Shown piece by piece: positions 1 to 14,875 of a stretch of 64,000 nt of DNA. How positions within the stretch are numbered: position 1 is the stretch's first letter; every line of letters begins with the position of its first letter. The position numbers were made by a program, and so were the translations under genes. Source of the DNA: the human T2T-CHM13v2.0 reference genome, Homo sapiens; assembly GCF_009914755.1 (NCBI RefSeq), contig NC_060939.1; one strand, 5' to 3'. Under the pieces are notes generated by a model. That model made no database searches, had not been told where the DNA came from, and saw only the letters and a list, made by a program, of their open reading frames with translations.

Positions 1-679
1 GTCTGTCTGTGGGGCAGAAAACCGGGTGGAGAAGGGTGGAGAGTTGACTTGAAGAAGCACATAGAGAACATCTGGCACAAGGGACATTAAAAAGCAGTGA
101 CTCCCATGTTTGGCTAATTCTTCAATTTCAATGGGGATTAATATACATACTATATACATACATCCATGCAGCCTTGTACTTCGATATGCTAATTTTGAGA
201 GCTGGCCTGAGGTTCCCCAGGTGATCTTGATGATCTTACAGATGTGGAAACACAAAAAGACGTTCATTGAGAGTGTTTCCATCCCCGGCATGCAATAGAT
301 GTGCAACCACACATGTGCTGCAAGAATCTGATCTCTTGAAGTGCTTGCCCGACTGCCTCCCACCCAGTTCAAAACAACCAATGCTGATTGCACAGCTGCA
401 ACGCGCAAAGCACTGTAATTAGTTTTTCTGCATGGAATTTGCTTTCCAACCCCTGCAAATATATATATATGTAAAAGATAGGGTCCACGGTACTCAAAGT
501 TCTTTCATTTAGTAAGAATAAAGATTTTGTAAGAGTAAAATAATTTTATGAAACTTCAAAGCAGTAATAGGGGAAATGGTGTAAGAGATTACTTTGTAAG
601 TGCAAAGTAGGACAAATTTCACTGCTGGAGAGGGATAAGAGGAAGACTTATTCACAGCAACTGGGTAGAATAGGTGACT

Positions 680-985
680 CCTCACTATCCCCATTTCACA
701 GATTGGCATGGTAAGGCCCAGCAGTGGCTGCATTGTGACTTTCATGGACCCTCCTCCATAAAAAAAATTTAAGATTATATTTTAGAATTACATTGGTAGA
801 AAGACAAATATAATCCAGGCTGAATTATATTCACTTTTTTCTTTTGATTAAAAAAATGTAAAGCATTTGTGTGGGCTGCTAAAAGTATCATGGGCCTTAA
901 GCACCACGCCTGCTGTGCCGAATGGAGAAGTCAGCCCTGAGCATTAGGTGACGTACCTCCACACACACACAGCCGGGAAGCAAAA
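680..985 (-). mobile_element. MIR fragment, split by the ORSL insertion
   Basis: CCCCATTTCACAGAT...AGGCCCAG | AGCATTAGGTGAC...ACACAGC follows the reverse MIR core across the 722-939 insert. Confidence 0.55.
722..939 (+). mobile_element. ORSL-like non-autonomous hAT (Tip100) DNA transposon
   Basis: CAG..GCATTGTGACTTTCATGGACCC start, AT-rich centre AATATAATCCAGGCTG, end AATGGAGAAGTCAGCCCTG match the recalled ORSL consensus. Confidence 0.75.
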
Positions 986-1865
986 TTCTCATCAGCTGTC
1001 AGGCTCTAGAGCTATGGCTGCACCTTAGGAGAAGCTGGGTTGCTCCCTCAAATCCCCACTCTCAGCTGGCACCCAGACAAGTTAAGTCAGAATTTCTGAG
1101 TATGGGGACAAGGCACCAGACATCAGAGGTCCCAGGTGATCCCAATGGGTAGACAAGGTTGACAGCCATGCTTGAAAGTCCTCTGTCCCACGCTTCTTCC
1201 TTCTTAAGGGAGCACAGAAGAGACTCATTTTCATATCCACCAGATGATCTCTCCTGTGACTAAGGTGAGGGTGCATATTTTATATCAATGCATACACTTC
1301 CATCATCTGCCCTTGCTATTCTCTACAGCTTTTTCTTCCCTTCTCAGGCTCTCACAACAGGGCTCCTCCCTGTCCTGGAAGAGATTTCGTGTGTTCCTGC
1401 CTTAGCTCACATGGTTTCCTAATGTGTAATTCTCCTCTCCACCTACCTGGACTCAAATCCAGCCCTACCGCAGCAGGCCTTCTGTGCCTTCTCCAGGTGA
1501 TGGATGCCTCTGAACCCGTGCACAGTCGGCCTGCTCTCAGAGCCAGGCTCAGAGAGGGCCAGCTGGCAGCAGTGCCCTGGGCTTTCCAGGAGGCTGGGCA
1601 GTGGCTCAGGGAGGCAGCACTGGCGTCTGCTTTAGGACTGGGCTTCCTTTAGGTAATATCCCAACCAACCAACACCCTCACGCCCCCACAATGAGGAGGA
1701 CTCCACTGGGCTGATCTATCCCCTCGGCCACTTTCATATTCACTTCGGTATTGTATTGCTTTTGGGTCATTTCAGATTCATTTCACCTGAATTTCAGATG
1801 TTTGGGGAAGGGAGACAGCCAAGGTATAAAATAACATTGGCCCGTATTTAAAAAGAGAGAATATA

Positions 1866-2256
<391 letters not shown>

Positions 2257-2519
2257 TTAGCAGTATTTGTTTATTCATTTACTGTGTCATAAATCTCCTT
2301 TTTATGTTAATAAGAACACAGAATAAAGAGTCTTGGCTATCAACTGATCAACTAAGCTCATGGCCCAATTTATATTACATTTTACTATGTTCTATACTCA
2401 ACTATAAGGACAGAGTTATTTTCTTGTGTTTTCCTGCCATTAAAGTAAATAAATAAGGACTCTCTTGTCACGCAAATAAAATACAAAGAATATTCGCATG
2501 GCTTACAGAGCCATGCATG

Positions 2520-2840
2520 AGCTGTCTCCCTGCTACTCCTGTAACTCAACACCTTCCTGTCTTCCTCTTTGCTTGTGGCTCCAGCCTCCTGACCTCCTGG
2601 CTCTTCCATGCCAAGCACGCTCCTCCCTCAGGACCTTCGAACTACTGGTTCCTTTTGTCTAGCGTGTTCTTCCCTAGCCATATCCAAAGGGCTCGCTTCC
2701 TCCCTTCAGTTAGAGTCTCTGCTTACCTCTCACCTTCTCAGAGAGAATTTCTCTGACCACCCCACATAAAATGGCACCCTGTCTCCTCCACCACACATTC
2801 TCTTCATCTACCCAATTGGTTTTCTTCACAACCCTCTAAG
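2520..2840 (+). mobile_element. L2 3' region, left part
   Basis: CACGCTCCTCCCTCAGGACCTT...CACCTTCTCAGAGAG...TCTGACCACCC typical of the L2a 3' end. Confidence 0.8.
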
Positions 2841-3863
2841 TGTGTTGAAATGGGTTCCTCCCATCTCAGTTTTAACTGAGATAAGTACAATGCCTATCAC
2901 CAGAGTGAATGTGAAACCCATCCCTGCTGTCCCACACCTTAGGGAGAATTTTAAAAGAACCTATGGGAAAATAGCTCCATGACTCAGCCATAGCAAGAAC
3001 ATACAAAGGTGTCAGAGAGGGTTTTGGGTAACGCCTTATCTTCCCTGTATGGGACAGGCGTGTAACTATACTGTGAATCTTCCTTACGTTCTGATCTCCA
3101 GCCTTAGTGACGGAGGAATCCTTGCACTTCCTGCAGTCTAGAAGTGGCTGTCTCCTGCCTGAGAAATCTCAGGTGGCCCTAGGCAGCAGGATACAGGCAT
3201 CTGCTCTGGGATCACATTGCACTCCGGGGGTTATCCGGACAATGATGCATGACTATGTGCTGTGAAGGTGTGGATAAAGTTGCTGCAAAAAGCAGCAGCC
3301 TGGAAGCCCTGCCTGGGATCAATGAGTGCCTGAGAAGCAAGGGCTGAAGGAGGCAGCCGAGGATCTCAGACTCAGCTAGAACCATCCATCCACCAGGCCC
3401 AAGAGGTATGACTTGGTGGTCAGTTCTCACTAGGGCTGATGACCTGAAACTGAAGTTAGGAGCTAGGGGAGGCTCCATGAGGAAATAAGAGAGTGCTGTC
3501 CCAACACCCCCACCATTGCAACTGGCCAGTCCACTGTCAGCTCCAGCTGAGAGGGGTCAGAGAAGGTTTGGTTTGGATTCAAGTTCATTTTGATTCCTAC
3601 AGAACAGTAGACAGTCTAACTACTAAACTGAGATTCTATTTGTGACCACAAGGGATCACAAGACTTTATTTATTAGCTCATTGTTCATTTGTTTGATTTT
3701 ACCTGAGAATGAGGAGAAAAATCTTCAGCCTGCTGGAATGTTCATCAAGGGGCAGGAAAAGAACCACTCCTCTCTGAATATTTATGTTTTTCCTGAATAT
3801 ATTTAAAAGAAAGAGAGAGAGTATTAATAGAAGGTGGTAATTGTTGAAGATACTAGTCCCACA
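2841..3863. mobile_element. Ancient solo-LTR-like insertion (family unassigned) interrupting L2
   Basis: TGTG...CACA termini, ~1 kb long, L2 resumes in register on both sides; flanks CTAAG/CTTAC could be a decayed 5-bp TSD. Confidence 0.5.
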
Positions 3864-4058
3864 CTTACCAGCACCAGTCACTTTATATACATGTGCTTAT
3901 TTATTTATTGTCTGCCCCCTCGAGAAGTATCCAACCCCAAGAGAAAAGTGATTTGTCCTTTTCGTTCACTGCTCTTTCTCTCTATCTCTATTTCCTAGAA
4001 CAGAAATGCAGAGCAAAGGGTACAAGTTCAGTAAACCTTTTCTGAATGAATGAATGAA
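3864..4058 (+). mobile_element. L2 3' terminus, right part
   Basis: TTATTTATTGTCTG...GTTCACTGCT...CCTAGAACAG...TGAATGAATGAATGAA tail. Confidence 0.8.
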
Positions 4059-4169
4059 ATTATTTACTGCTGGACTTACCTTTGCCCATCTGAAATGCAT
4101 ACTTTTATAAATGTATGGAAGTCAAGGTTTGTGAAACACGTTAAATAAATAACTGCAGACAATAATGGC

Positions 4170-4265
4170 AGTTCAATCTAATAAATATTTATTGAACACT
4201 CATTAGGATCCAAGGGCTGTGAAGGGTAAAAAGATTTTAAGTCTCCTCCAGTAAGGGAGAAAAAA
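4170..4265 (-). mobile_element. L2 3' end fragment
   Basis: TTCAATCTAATAAATATTTATTGAACACT, reverse L2 tail. Confidence 0.55.
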
Positions 4266-4378
4266 CATGTACAATCAAAGTTAATAGAGCTTTCTATGGC
4301 CTTCCATCAAGCAGGAAGTCCTGTGCATTTAACTACGATGTTGGCTGTCTTAGGTTTTCTAGTGTGACCTTAGAAAAG

Positions 4379-4431
4379 ACACGTACACACACACACAGAC
4401 ACACACACTTTGAGAGAGAGAGAGAGAGAGG
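4379..4431. repeat. Compound (CA)n/(GA)n microsatellite
   Basis: Directly visible. Confidence 0.95.
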
Positions 4432-4919
4432 AGACAGGAGGAAAGAAAGAGTGGGGGGAAATAGAAACACCAAAGCAACGTTGACCTTCCTTTGTAACCA
4501 CATTCGTATATGAACTGCAGAAATGACAGTAAAATGTATGTGGAGGGGCTGCAATAAGTCAATGTGTTCTTGGCTTAAAGCATTGTATCCTGAGCTCTTT
4601 CTCAGCGATGCCAGGTGCAGTAGCTAAACAAAGCTTATCCAAGACCTTTCCTTTTTTTCCCTTAAGCATCAATTTATTCTGAGTCCCTGGAGTCATCACT
4701 AAAAAATAAATGGTATATATTTTTTCTGACTTGTGAAGTTATTTAAACACAGCATCGTCCAAAGTATACAATTTAAATCATGTGTAGTAACACGCTTGAT
4801 GAATTGTCTTTCTAAAGGCTACAGAATCTGCAAATAGTTTGAACTTTTCTATATTGAGAAATAATTCTCTGATTGGGCCAAAATGTTAGGAGATTTATTT
4901 TAAAAGTTAAGTTCCATTC

Positions 4920-5648
<729 letters not shown>

Positions 5649-5659
5649 ACAGAGAAGAT

Positions 5660-5860
5660 GAACAGCAGCCACCTACTGAGTGTGTGCTATGCTACACCAA
5701 TTTACATGAATTAAAACAGCTAATTTGGCCACAATCCTATCATGCAGTGGTGACCTTTAGCCCCATTTTATAGACGAGGTAAGCATGGCAGAAAAAGTAA
5801 AATAACTAATACAAATTGTTGAAACTGGAAAGTCATGATGCCAAGACTCTTCGTCATTTT
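5660..5860 (-). mobile_element. MIR
   Basis: CCCCATTTTATAGACGAGGTAAGCATGGCAGA core. Confidence 0.7.
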
Positions 5861-6569
5861 TGTCTCTCCAGGGATATTGCATATCATATTACATTTAATC
5901 AGTCCTTAACACATATGGAAGAGCAAAGTCTGGAGATCCGCACCAGAATGGAGCCAGGGGTTGTCTCTGAGTGTGGAATATGGGTGATTTCTTCCTTCTG
6001 CTTCTATGTATTTCCACTATTAAAATTAAAACATTACTTTGGTAATAAGATAGCTTACGGTATTTACCTGATCAGTTTCTTTTTTTTTACCTATTTCTGA
6101 ACTTGGTAATAATGCTGTTGGAAGAATTCATCCTGTTCCACAAATTTTTATTCTTCTAAATGTTTCTAAATATCCTCTTGAGAGTCTCTAAGCAATTTAG
6201 CTATTGAGAGAGGTTTTATAAAGTGATTTCCATGATCATTGATGGCTCCTCCGACTTCCGAGGGTTGTTAATCAGTAGAAATCAAGTGTCAAGGTCAGAG
6301 TTCTTGTTCACTAATTAGAGAGGAAATTCGCGTATGTCCTTTATTTGTAGAATATTATGTATGTATGTCATTATGAAAATTATGAGGACCCTTTTGCTAT
6401 CTCTCATGCTCTTTTTGTCCTTGCCAATTTCACTAGGAAGTTCTGATGTAGACAGGGGTTAGGAAAACAAATTTCATGTAAAAGCATCGTCCTTCGTGTC
6501 GCAGCTTATGTATGACTTCTCCAATGAGATCTTCCTCCCCGCAACAAGAAAATGCCAGACTCCACTATT

Positions 6570-6820
6570 GCACATCCCCATAGGGCTGTGCATTCCCTCT
6601 TTTAGGTAATCATCACAATTAAAATAGTTTGTTTAAAAGCCTTCTTCATGGCTGGTCTGTCCATAGTATGAGGGCAGAACTGTGTCCCTCTGGCTCCCAG
6701 CTCTGTCCCGAGCCCTTGCTCATTGTCTAGCGAGTCATAGTGACGCAGTAACTATTTATAGAATAAATGAAGATGTGCATAATGAATGTATCTACAGATG
6801 AATGAGTAAATAAGTGAAAT
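6570..6820 (+). mobile_element. L2 3' end
   Basis: ATGAGGGCAGAACTGTGTC...ATAGTGACGCAGTAACTATTTATAGAATAAATGAA. Confidence 0.65.
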
Positions 6821-7433
6821 ATGAGAAACACATTTTTAAAATTCCCTTTTTTTCAGGTAAAGTACATTGAAGACTATGCTTTCAACTGAATCCTACAGGA
6901 TTAATAGGGACTTTCAAATTTGCCCTCCAAGGACCACAGTGGTGGTCCAATTTACTCAAGCTTGAGTAAGGAAGACCATTTGTAACATAAAACATATACA
7001 CATCTCAACCTGGTAGAAAATAACTTCCATCTTCTATGAACAAGAAGCCCTCATAAGAATAGGTATTCCCACAAACAGTAACTCCCCAGTCCCCAGGGGT
7101 TTTTAGCCACAACATGAACTCAAGAAGACTCAACAATCTTAACTTGCGTTTACCTGCTGAGCCTCATCCAAAATGCAATACATACTTTTTCTCAACAACT
7201 TTCTTCCTGAATTAGAGAACAGTAAGTTTAAAAACCTTCAATTTTTTTGTCTTTATTATTGATATTGGTACAAGTATAAGTAATTCCACACAAGGCATGG
7301 TTACTAATAAGTGGTGCTCATCCATTTTGGGAAAATGTGACATAGAAAGTAATTGTAGCATTGAGAAAGCATTAAATTAGATGTCAGCTATGGAATTTTG
7401 GGGAAAAAGGGTCAATTTAAAGAAGTCCTTCAA

Positions 7434-7782
<349 letters not shown>

Positions 7783-8151
7783 CTAAATAAGACAATTGGT
7801 GAGTTGTACATTTTAACAAAGAACAAAATGATGCTAACATCTTTACTTCTATTAAAATTATAAAAATCATTATCAAAATTGTAACTAATTTTTAGAAGAT
7901 CAGATATGTTATTGACATATGGCTGTCCTACTCATCGTTAAGAACTTCCATATTAACTTTTTAAACTAATATATTGACTTTCATGGCTAAATAGATGTTT
8001 TGTTTCACAATGGCTAAACATAAAATGTCATCCAATTCCTAAAGTAAAATATTTTGAGCTTAAGGAGGAAGAGCATATGTTATGATAATTCTGTGTTTTA
8101 TTTGTAATAATGAATACTTAAGTTTAAAGATTATGAAAATTTATCTAGAAT

Positions 8152-8340
8152 TTGTGGTGCACTGGAAATTGACTCACACCAGCTTGTGGGAGCTGATTGG
8201 ACACAAATCTTCTCAGTGACATCACGTTGGTAGACTTTAATCAACCATATTTGGAGTATTTATACCATGGATGTTGACAAATTCTATAAATCAAGGCACC
8301 CTCTTTGGAAAGCTGGTTAATATACATCTGCTCACACAGC
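8152..8340 (+). mobile_element. MER63A-like hAT-Blackjack MITE
   Basis: CAGTGACATCACGTTGGTAG...GGAGTATTTATACCATGGA...CTATAAATCAAGGC match the recalled MER63 consensus. Confidence 0.8.
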
Positions 8341-9379
8341 AATAAGTACAATAGGAAGATCTGTGACCATGGTGGAGTTTTGCAGTATCGTGTATGATTT
8401 CCCACGTTCTTGGCAACAAGCCTCATTTTACATGATCTTATCTCAAGAAATGTATTCATGGAAGTACTAGACACTACAGACTCAACAGCTAAGTGAGTTC
8501 CTTAGATTGAATATATTATAAGTCATACTTCCTGCCTTGAGTCATGCTTATCTCATAAGTGAAAAGACAAATTGTCATGTCTCTTTTAACGAATGTAATT
8601 CTTTTGGCAAAGCTTTTAAAAAGTAAGTCTTTAAAAAATTATCATTTATAGACATTTTGACATGAAAGTTAAAAGTGTAATGATATATTTTCAAACCTTT
8701 CAAATATCTTTGAACTCTGGGAAAGTGATCTGGTAATACAGCTGGAAATGTTCCTTGCTGATGTCACCTTGTGCCCATATCTGTACTGACCTATGGCCAC
8801 AATTTCTCAGCTTACCGTACCAACACAAGCCCTGTGGGCTTCAGCTACTCAAATAGCATATCTACACCTGAACATTGAGCATACATTAATTTTAGCAATC
8901 ATGTGCTCACCTTAACTGGTGAATTGTCATTTATTAGTGGGTCTTAATGTTCAATGGCTTATGGTTAGATTTGTAGAATTACTATACACTAAAATCTAGC
9001 TACTTCTAGAAAACTCAGATTACCTCTGGAAAAAAAGAGCTATCTTAGAAAATCAGAATACATGGTCATTCTATTTAGAGGAGAAGAGTTATTGTACTGG
9101 AATTCAAAGGACCTGCCTGCTCTCTTAATAATACAACAACCTATCCTCCAAAAGTGTTGACATAGGACAGGTGGCTACTCTTATAGTCTGAGATCCTTCT
9201 CATTGCCCTAACCACCTTCTCTGCAGGAGGTACAGGAAACATTCTAACATTTTGCTGTAACTCTTCTGTGAAAATATGTGTACTTTTGAAGGTGGATAGT
9301 TTTTAGGAAACTGTTCTATTTCTTCATTTACAATTGATCTTCTTATAATTTCTCTCTTAGGGTACATTTTAATCATTTA

Positions 9380-10139
<760 letters not shown>

Positions 10140-10154
10140 TGACAACAGCATTTG

Positions 10155-10750
10155 CCATTCAGCAAGTAACTATCAAACACCTACTGTGTTCTTTATGTTG
10201 TGATAAGTGCTAGAAATAAAATAGTAAGAAAATAGAGACATGATCCTTGATCCCACAGCGTTTATACAAGTGTGGGAGACAAAAAACAAAGTATGTAAAA
10301 CACAATTATAACTGTGGTAAGTCCCTGATGCTGTGATTACATAATAGGGAATATGACTCACTTAAGGTGTTAAAAAATATGTTCAGTAAGGAACTGGTAT
10401 TGAGTTGAGGTCTGAAGAATGGTAGAGGTAGTACAGGATGGGAGTGTTCCAGCAGTGGTAACACACAGAGCCCCTGGAGTAGGAAGAAGAGGTGGCTGGG
10501 TGAGATAAGATGACATGGCTGCAAAGAACGAGGGGCCAGATGCTAGGAGATCAGGCTGGGGAGGGAAGTAGGAGAACTACTTGGGACAAAGAGTGGGTGT
10601 TGGTAGACTAGTTGGAGGCTATTGCAGTGGGACAGTAGCTTGAGTGATGGTGTCCAAAGAGAAAGAAGTAGATAGATTTAAACCTTATTTAGGAAACAAA
10701 TCAGAAACAGGTTATGTGTTGCACTATTAATGAATGGGGTAAGGGTGATG
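10155..10750 (-). mobile_element. L2 fragment
   Basis: CATTCAGCAAG..AACACCTACTGTG..; GAGTTGAGGTCTGAAG; GGAGGCTATTGCAGTG. Confidence 0.8.
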
Positions 10751-11661
10751 GAACAATCCCAAAGAAACCTGGTTCCTCAGTCTGATTTTCAGTGTGGCTT
10801 CCCTACCCCACTGATCTTACCTACCATAACTCCCCGTATACTCCCATTGGGAAGCCCCATCCTTTTCACATGTCCCAATAACCTCCAATCCAATGTCTGT
10901 GTCCACACTTATTCCCTTGTCTAGAAAGTGTTACCCCTGGGCACCCATCCACATCCAAGAGAGGTGCGAAAACATTTTTTATATAAATGGATGTGTTGTT
11001 TTTTCTCACAACTTCTTTTCATCTTGTGATCCTTCTCCTATTTTGTCAGTGTATTTAATGCTTCGTGGAAAAGATATTCTAGCAGAAAACAGGCTACTGC
11101 ATTTCCAAAGCTTAGGCCTTGAAAAGACTCATAGAAGAGAAAAGTGACCTCTAAACAGGAGTGTACAAGTCAAACCACTGGAATGTGGGAAGAAAGTATT
11201 AGCTTTGCTAATATAAAGGGATTGACATTGATACCTGCATGAGGTCACATCTTGCTTAGTGAAGTAACCTGTGAGAAGACTGGGATTTATATGCCAGTGA
11301 GTCTGGCCCATCCTCATTTTTTCTTTCACTATATGTATGTACTCTAGTTTCTTGGTACTAGTTTAATGGTCTTGGGATTATGTTTCTTAAACTTAACTGA
11401 ACCAGCTTTCCAAAAAATGGACAGTCGGCTTTAAAAGATTTTCAAAAAGAAATTTTGGTTCAAAATTAGTACTATGATATATTCACAAGAAAGAAATAAG
11501 GAAATAGCAGAGCCGACACATCTACTCCCAGGATGAGTTGTCAGCTACCTCATGGGTTTAAAAAAGATAATTTCATCAGAACTGAAAAAAAAGTCAGCCA
11601 AACTATTTTGAAGTTATTAAAACTGTTGGAAATATAGATTTAAATCTAACACCATGAGCAG

Positions 11662-11697
11662 TATATATATTATATATATATATGTATAATATATAAT
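11662..11697. repeat. (TA)n microsatellite, imperfect
   Basis: Directly visible. Confidence 0.85.
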
Positions 11698-11805
11698 CTC
11701 ATGAGATAGCAATTAGTAATAACGATGTAGTATATAGGAATGTATGTATTTTCTCAGAGCATGCCTTTTTATTGGTAATTGTTCATGATCAAAAACAATT
11801 CACAA

Positions 11806-11925
11806 GGCCGAGCATGTTGGCTCATGCCTGTAACCCCAGCACTTTGGGAGACCGAAGTAGGCAGATCACTTGAGCCCAGGAGTTTGAGATCAGCCTGAGC
11901 AACATAACAAGACCCCATCTCTTAA
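11806..11925 (+). mobile_element. FLAM_C / free left Alu monomer
   Basis: Single left arm GGCCGAGC...GACCCCATCTC with no right arm. Confidence 0.85.
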
Positions 11926-12389
11926 TTTTTCTTTTAAACAAATTACTGGCATAAAGAATATTTGATGAATCATGGCATAACTCCCTACTCACTGAGCCTA
12001 TAAGATATTCTTCATATCGTAGGGGTGAGAGGAGAATTTTAAAAGAAGTTAGGGCTTAGATTCTGGTGTAGTTCTGTGAAAGAAGTCCCATATCCTGGCC
12101 TACCTGGGCGAGTCTCTTTGATAGTGAGATGACTCACTCGCTGAGCACTGAGAGGCTTGTGTTTGTTAGTGCAAGCCTAGAAGAACTTCACAGATTGCTT
12201 GGATTTGCAAAGGGGTGTCAGAATCACAGAACTAGCTCCAAGCACTTAGGAGGGGGCACAGATATAGCAAGAAGAGGTGCTGAACCTGAGAGGTTTTAGC
12301 TGAAAAGAGAGATGCTGCAACAGCAACCTGCAGTGAGCAGAATATGGAACTAGACAATCAACATCACATTCGCGGCTCCTAAACACCCA

Positions 12390-12545
12390 TATCTTGTATT
12401 TATTTCCAGTTGTTTGTTGTTTCTTCTTGCCTGGACTGGAATCTTCTTGAGAGTAAAGTGATTTCTTAGAAACGTTTTTGTACCTTCAAAGTACCTAGAG
12501 CGTTGATTGAGACACGTAGGTGCTCGTTTAGGGCTTACTGATTAT
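12390..12545 (+). mobile_element. L2 3' end fragment
   Basis: GGACTGGAATCTTCTTGAGAG..GTACCTAG..ACACGTAGGTGCTC. Confidence 0.6.
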
Positions 12546-12749
12546 TAGTACCTTGACCTTTAGAAGGAATCGATGTATTATCCATCTATTTCAAATGCTA
12601 TCAATGATGTTAGTTCTGAGAAGAAACTAACCAGCAACAGCCACTGATTTGGCCCCAGAATCCATCATATTTATTGATTACTTGCTTTTAACAAGAATCC
12701 ACAAATGGACAAACCCTCAGAAACAGTTCCTAATCCAGAAGAGCCTTTG

Positions 12750-12860
12750 TTTTATTTTAACAGTGCAACAATTGGCATATAGAGCCCTAGTAACTTGTTT
12801 AAGGTCATCCAAGGGAAGGAGTGACAGAAAACTAGATTTTTCATCTTTACTCTTTCTAGG
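12750..12860 (-). mobile_element. MIR fragment
   Basis: AGTAACTTGTTTAAGGTCATCCA..AGTGACAGA. Confidence 0.55.
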
Positions 12861-14266
12861 CAGAAATTGAGGTAGTGGTAGAATGTTTGGATTCAAAAGG
12901 GAACCACCAACTACTAAAAATAATTAATAAGCAGGATTTGTATGCTTATTAATTTGTATACTGCTTGTTAATTATTTTTAGTTTATTATTGGTGGTTCTC
13001 TTTTTTAAAGCAAAAGAAGTAATATTTTCAGAGTTCATTACCTTCTCAAGAGAGAGACAAACTGATGCCTATACCTTGATACTTTATATAAGATATCTGC
13101 TTCAAAAACAGCTTTTGTCTAATTTGTCTCTATTACACCAATTGCTTGTGATTTTACATAATCCCATGAAAGTATCACTGGCAAATGATGACCTGATGCA
13201 ACACAGTTTGAGAATATGGCTTTCCTTTCATTAAAAAAAATTACACACACCAGCTTTGGAGAAGATGGCAGTTTGAATTAAAACAGTTCAGATCCCATCT
13301 TAAAGTTTCCATTAAACTATACATAAAATACCAAGTAGGAAAAGCCCTTCAAAAGCACCAGAAAAAGTTGAGATAAGAAAATTGTATGTACTAGAATGTA
13401 GTCAGATTGCACATTTTGTTCTTTATATTGAACCAGTCTTAACCAAGTCCTGATAGAGAAGTAGAATTGTGTGCCCGCTTGCTGGGACATGGCAAATTAT
13501 CAATTCTCAATCAAGTCAGGTTCTTTCTTACAGCTATACAGCTTCCATTTCAATATGTTAGCAGAGCAAGGGACACATAATCGTTTGTGCTGTGAAAAAG
13601 CACCCACAAGGAAAACTCCTTTTTTGAGGAAAGGTAGGAGAAAGACTACCGTATAACAAGACAGCTCCAAGAATTTCAGGGCTGCCTAGTTATAAAAGTA
13701 GGTGAACAGATGATTCTAGCTCTTGAATCTACAAAAGAAGGCATAGCTTTCATCCAAAATTGTACCAATCTTCACTGTGATTTTCCTGCTGCAGCTTGCA
13801 AGAGGCTCTGTTGGGTATTTATTTGTACTTGAGATGTTTGGAGTTTCCTTGAGTAACTTCATTGAGGGGACAGGCATTTGCACTTTTGTGGGTTTTACCT
13901 CCCACCCTCTGTCTAACTTGTGTCTTACTAAGATATCTCAAGTACTGGCTAATTGCTGTTCATCAGGTACAATCAGTGTGATACCATCATAGTAGTGGAC
14001 CAGGGTGATGTTTGTGGAATGTCAAGATGATTAAGTTCTCTGAGGACTATATTATGGCAGAGATCAGGAGAATCAAAATCCATCTGAGGCAAGGTTATTA
14101 AAATCTACGGTTGTTCCTGCCAGGTGAAAGCAATCTTCTTCTGGCAGGCCTTGAAAATTGGTATTGGAGGCAACATATTTTGTAGAAAAATAGCTGAAAA
14201 CCAGTATCCCATCCTTGCTTGAAAGTCTGTTTCCTAGGACTGCTACTAATAATGTATTACTTAGGC

Positions 14267-14875
14267 TGTAGTCATGCAGGTAGAAATCATAATACGTATT
14301 TTAACGGACAGAATTTAATATAGGGAAGTGATTACACAAGAATTGGAGTATTGAAAGAACAAAGAGGAAACAGGGAACCCAGAAACATCCATTGACACAA
14401 ACATACACACACACACACACACAAAAGAATCAGTTACCACCCATGGAAGTGAGGAGAAAAAGGAAAGTATTTGGGGTTATCAGAATATAGAACTTTGGAG
14501 GTAGGGCCCTGTTGAGGTGGAACTCAGACATCTGAGAAGGGGACAGACTTCCTTTATTGCAGCTGCATTTATGCTGAAGGCCTATGATGATAAAATTCTG
14601 GGAGTACTGAATGAATTTGGAGTCTAGAACTAATTTTTGCTGCTGGGAAGTAAGTTGTGCCACTACTGAGGAGATACTAGCAAGAACAATACACAGAAAA
14701 GAAAAATAAATTCTCTTCCTCCTCTTGCCTTCTAAGATCCTCCTAGTCCTCCCTGTTGGCAGAACCTAACATAAAGTCATCTGGCAAAGAAGCATGTTCC
14801 AAGACCCAGAATTGCAAATATAGTATAAAAGAGTGGATTGGGGTGAAAGACAATAGATAAATGGCTGCCACCACA
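14267..14875 (-). mobile_element. ERVL solo LTR (LTR41/LTR50/LTR52 group), with internal (CA)n
   Basis: GAATTTAATATAGGGAA near left end; CTGTTGGCAGAACCTAAC and GAGTGGATTGGGGTGAAAGACAATAG...CACA at right end. Confidence 0.7.

Noticed and set aside
1300-1720. GC-richer stretch as a CpG-island promoter
   Set aside because: CpGs are sparse; no island-like density.
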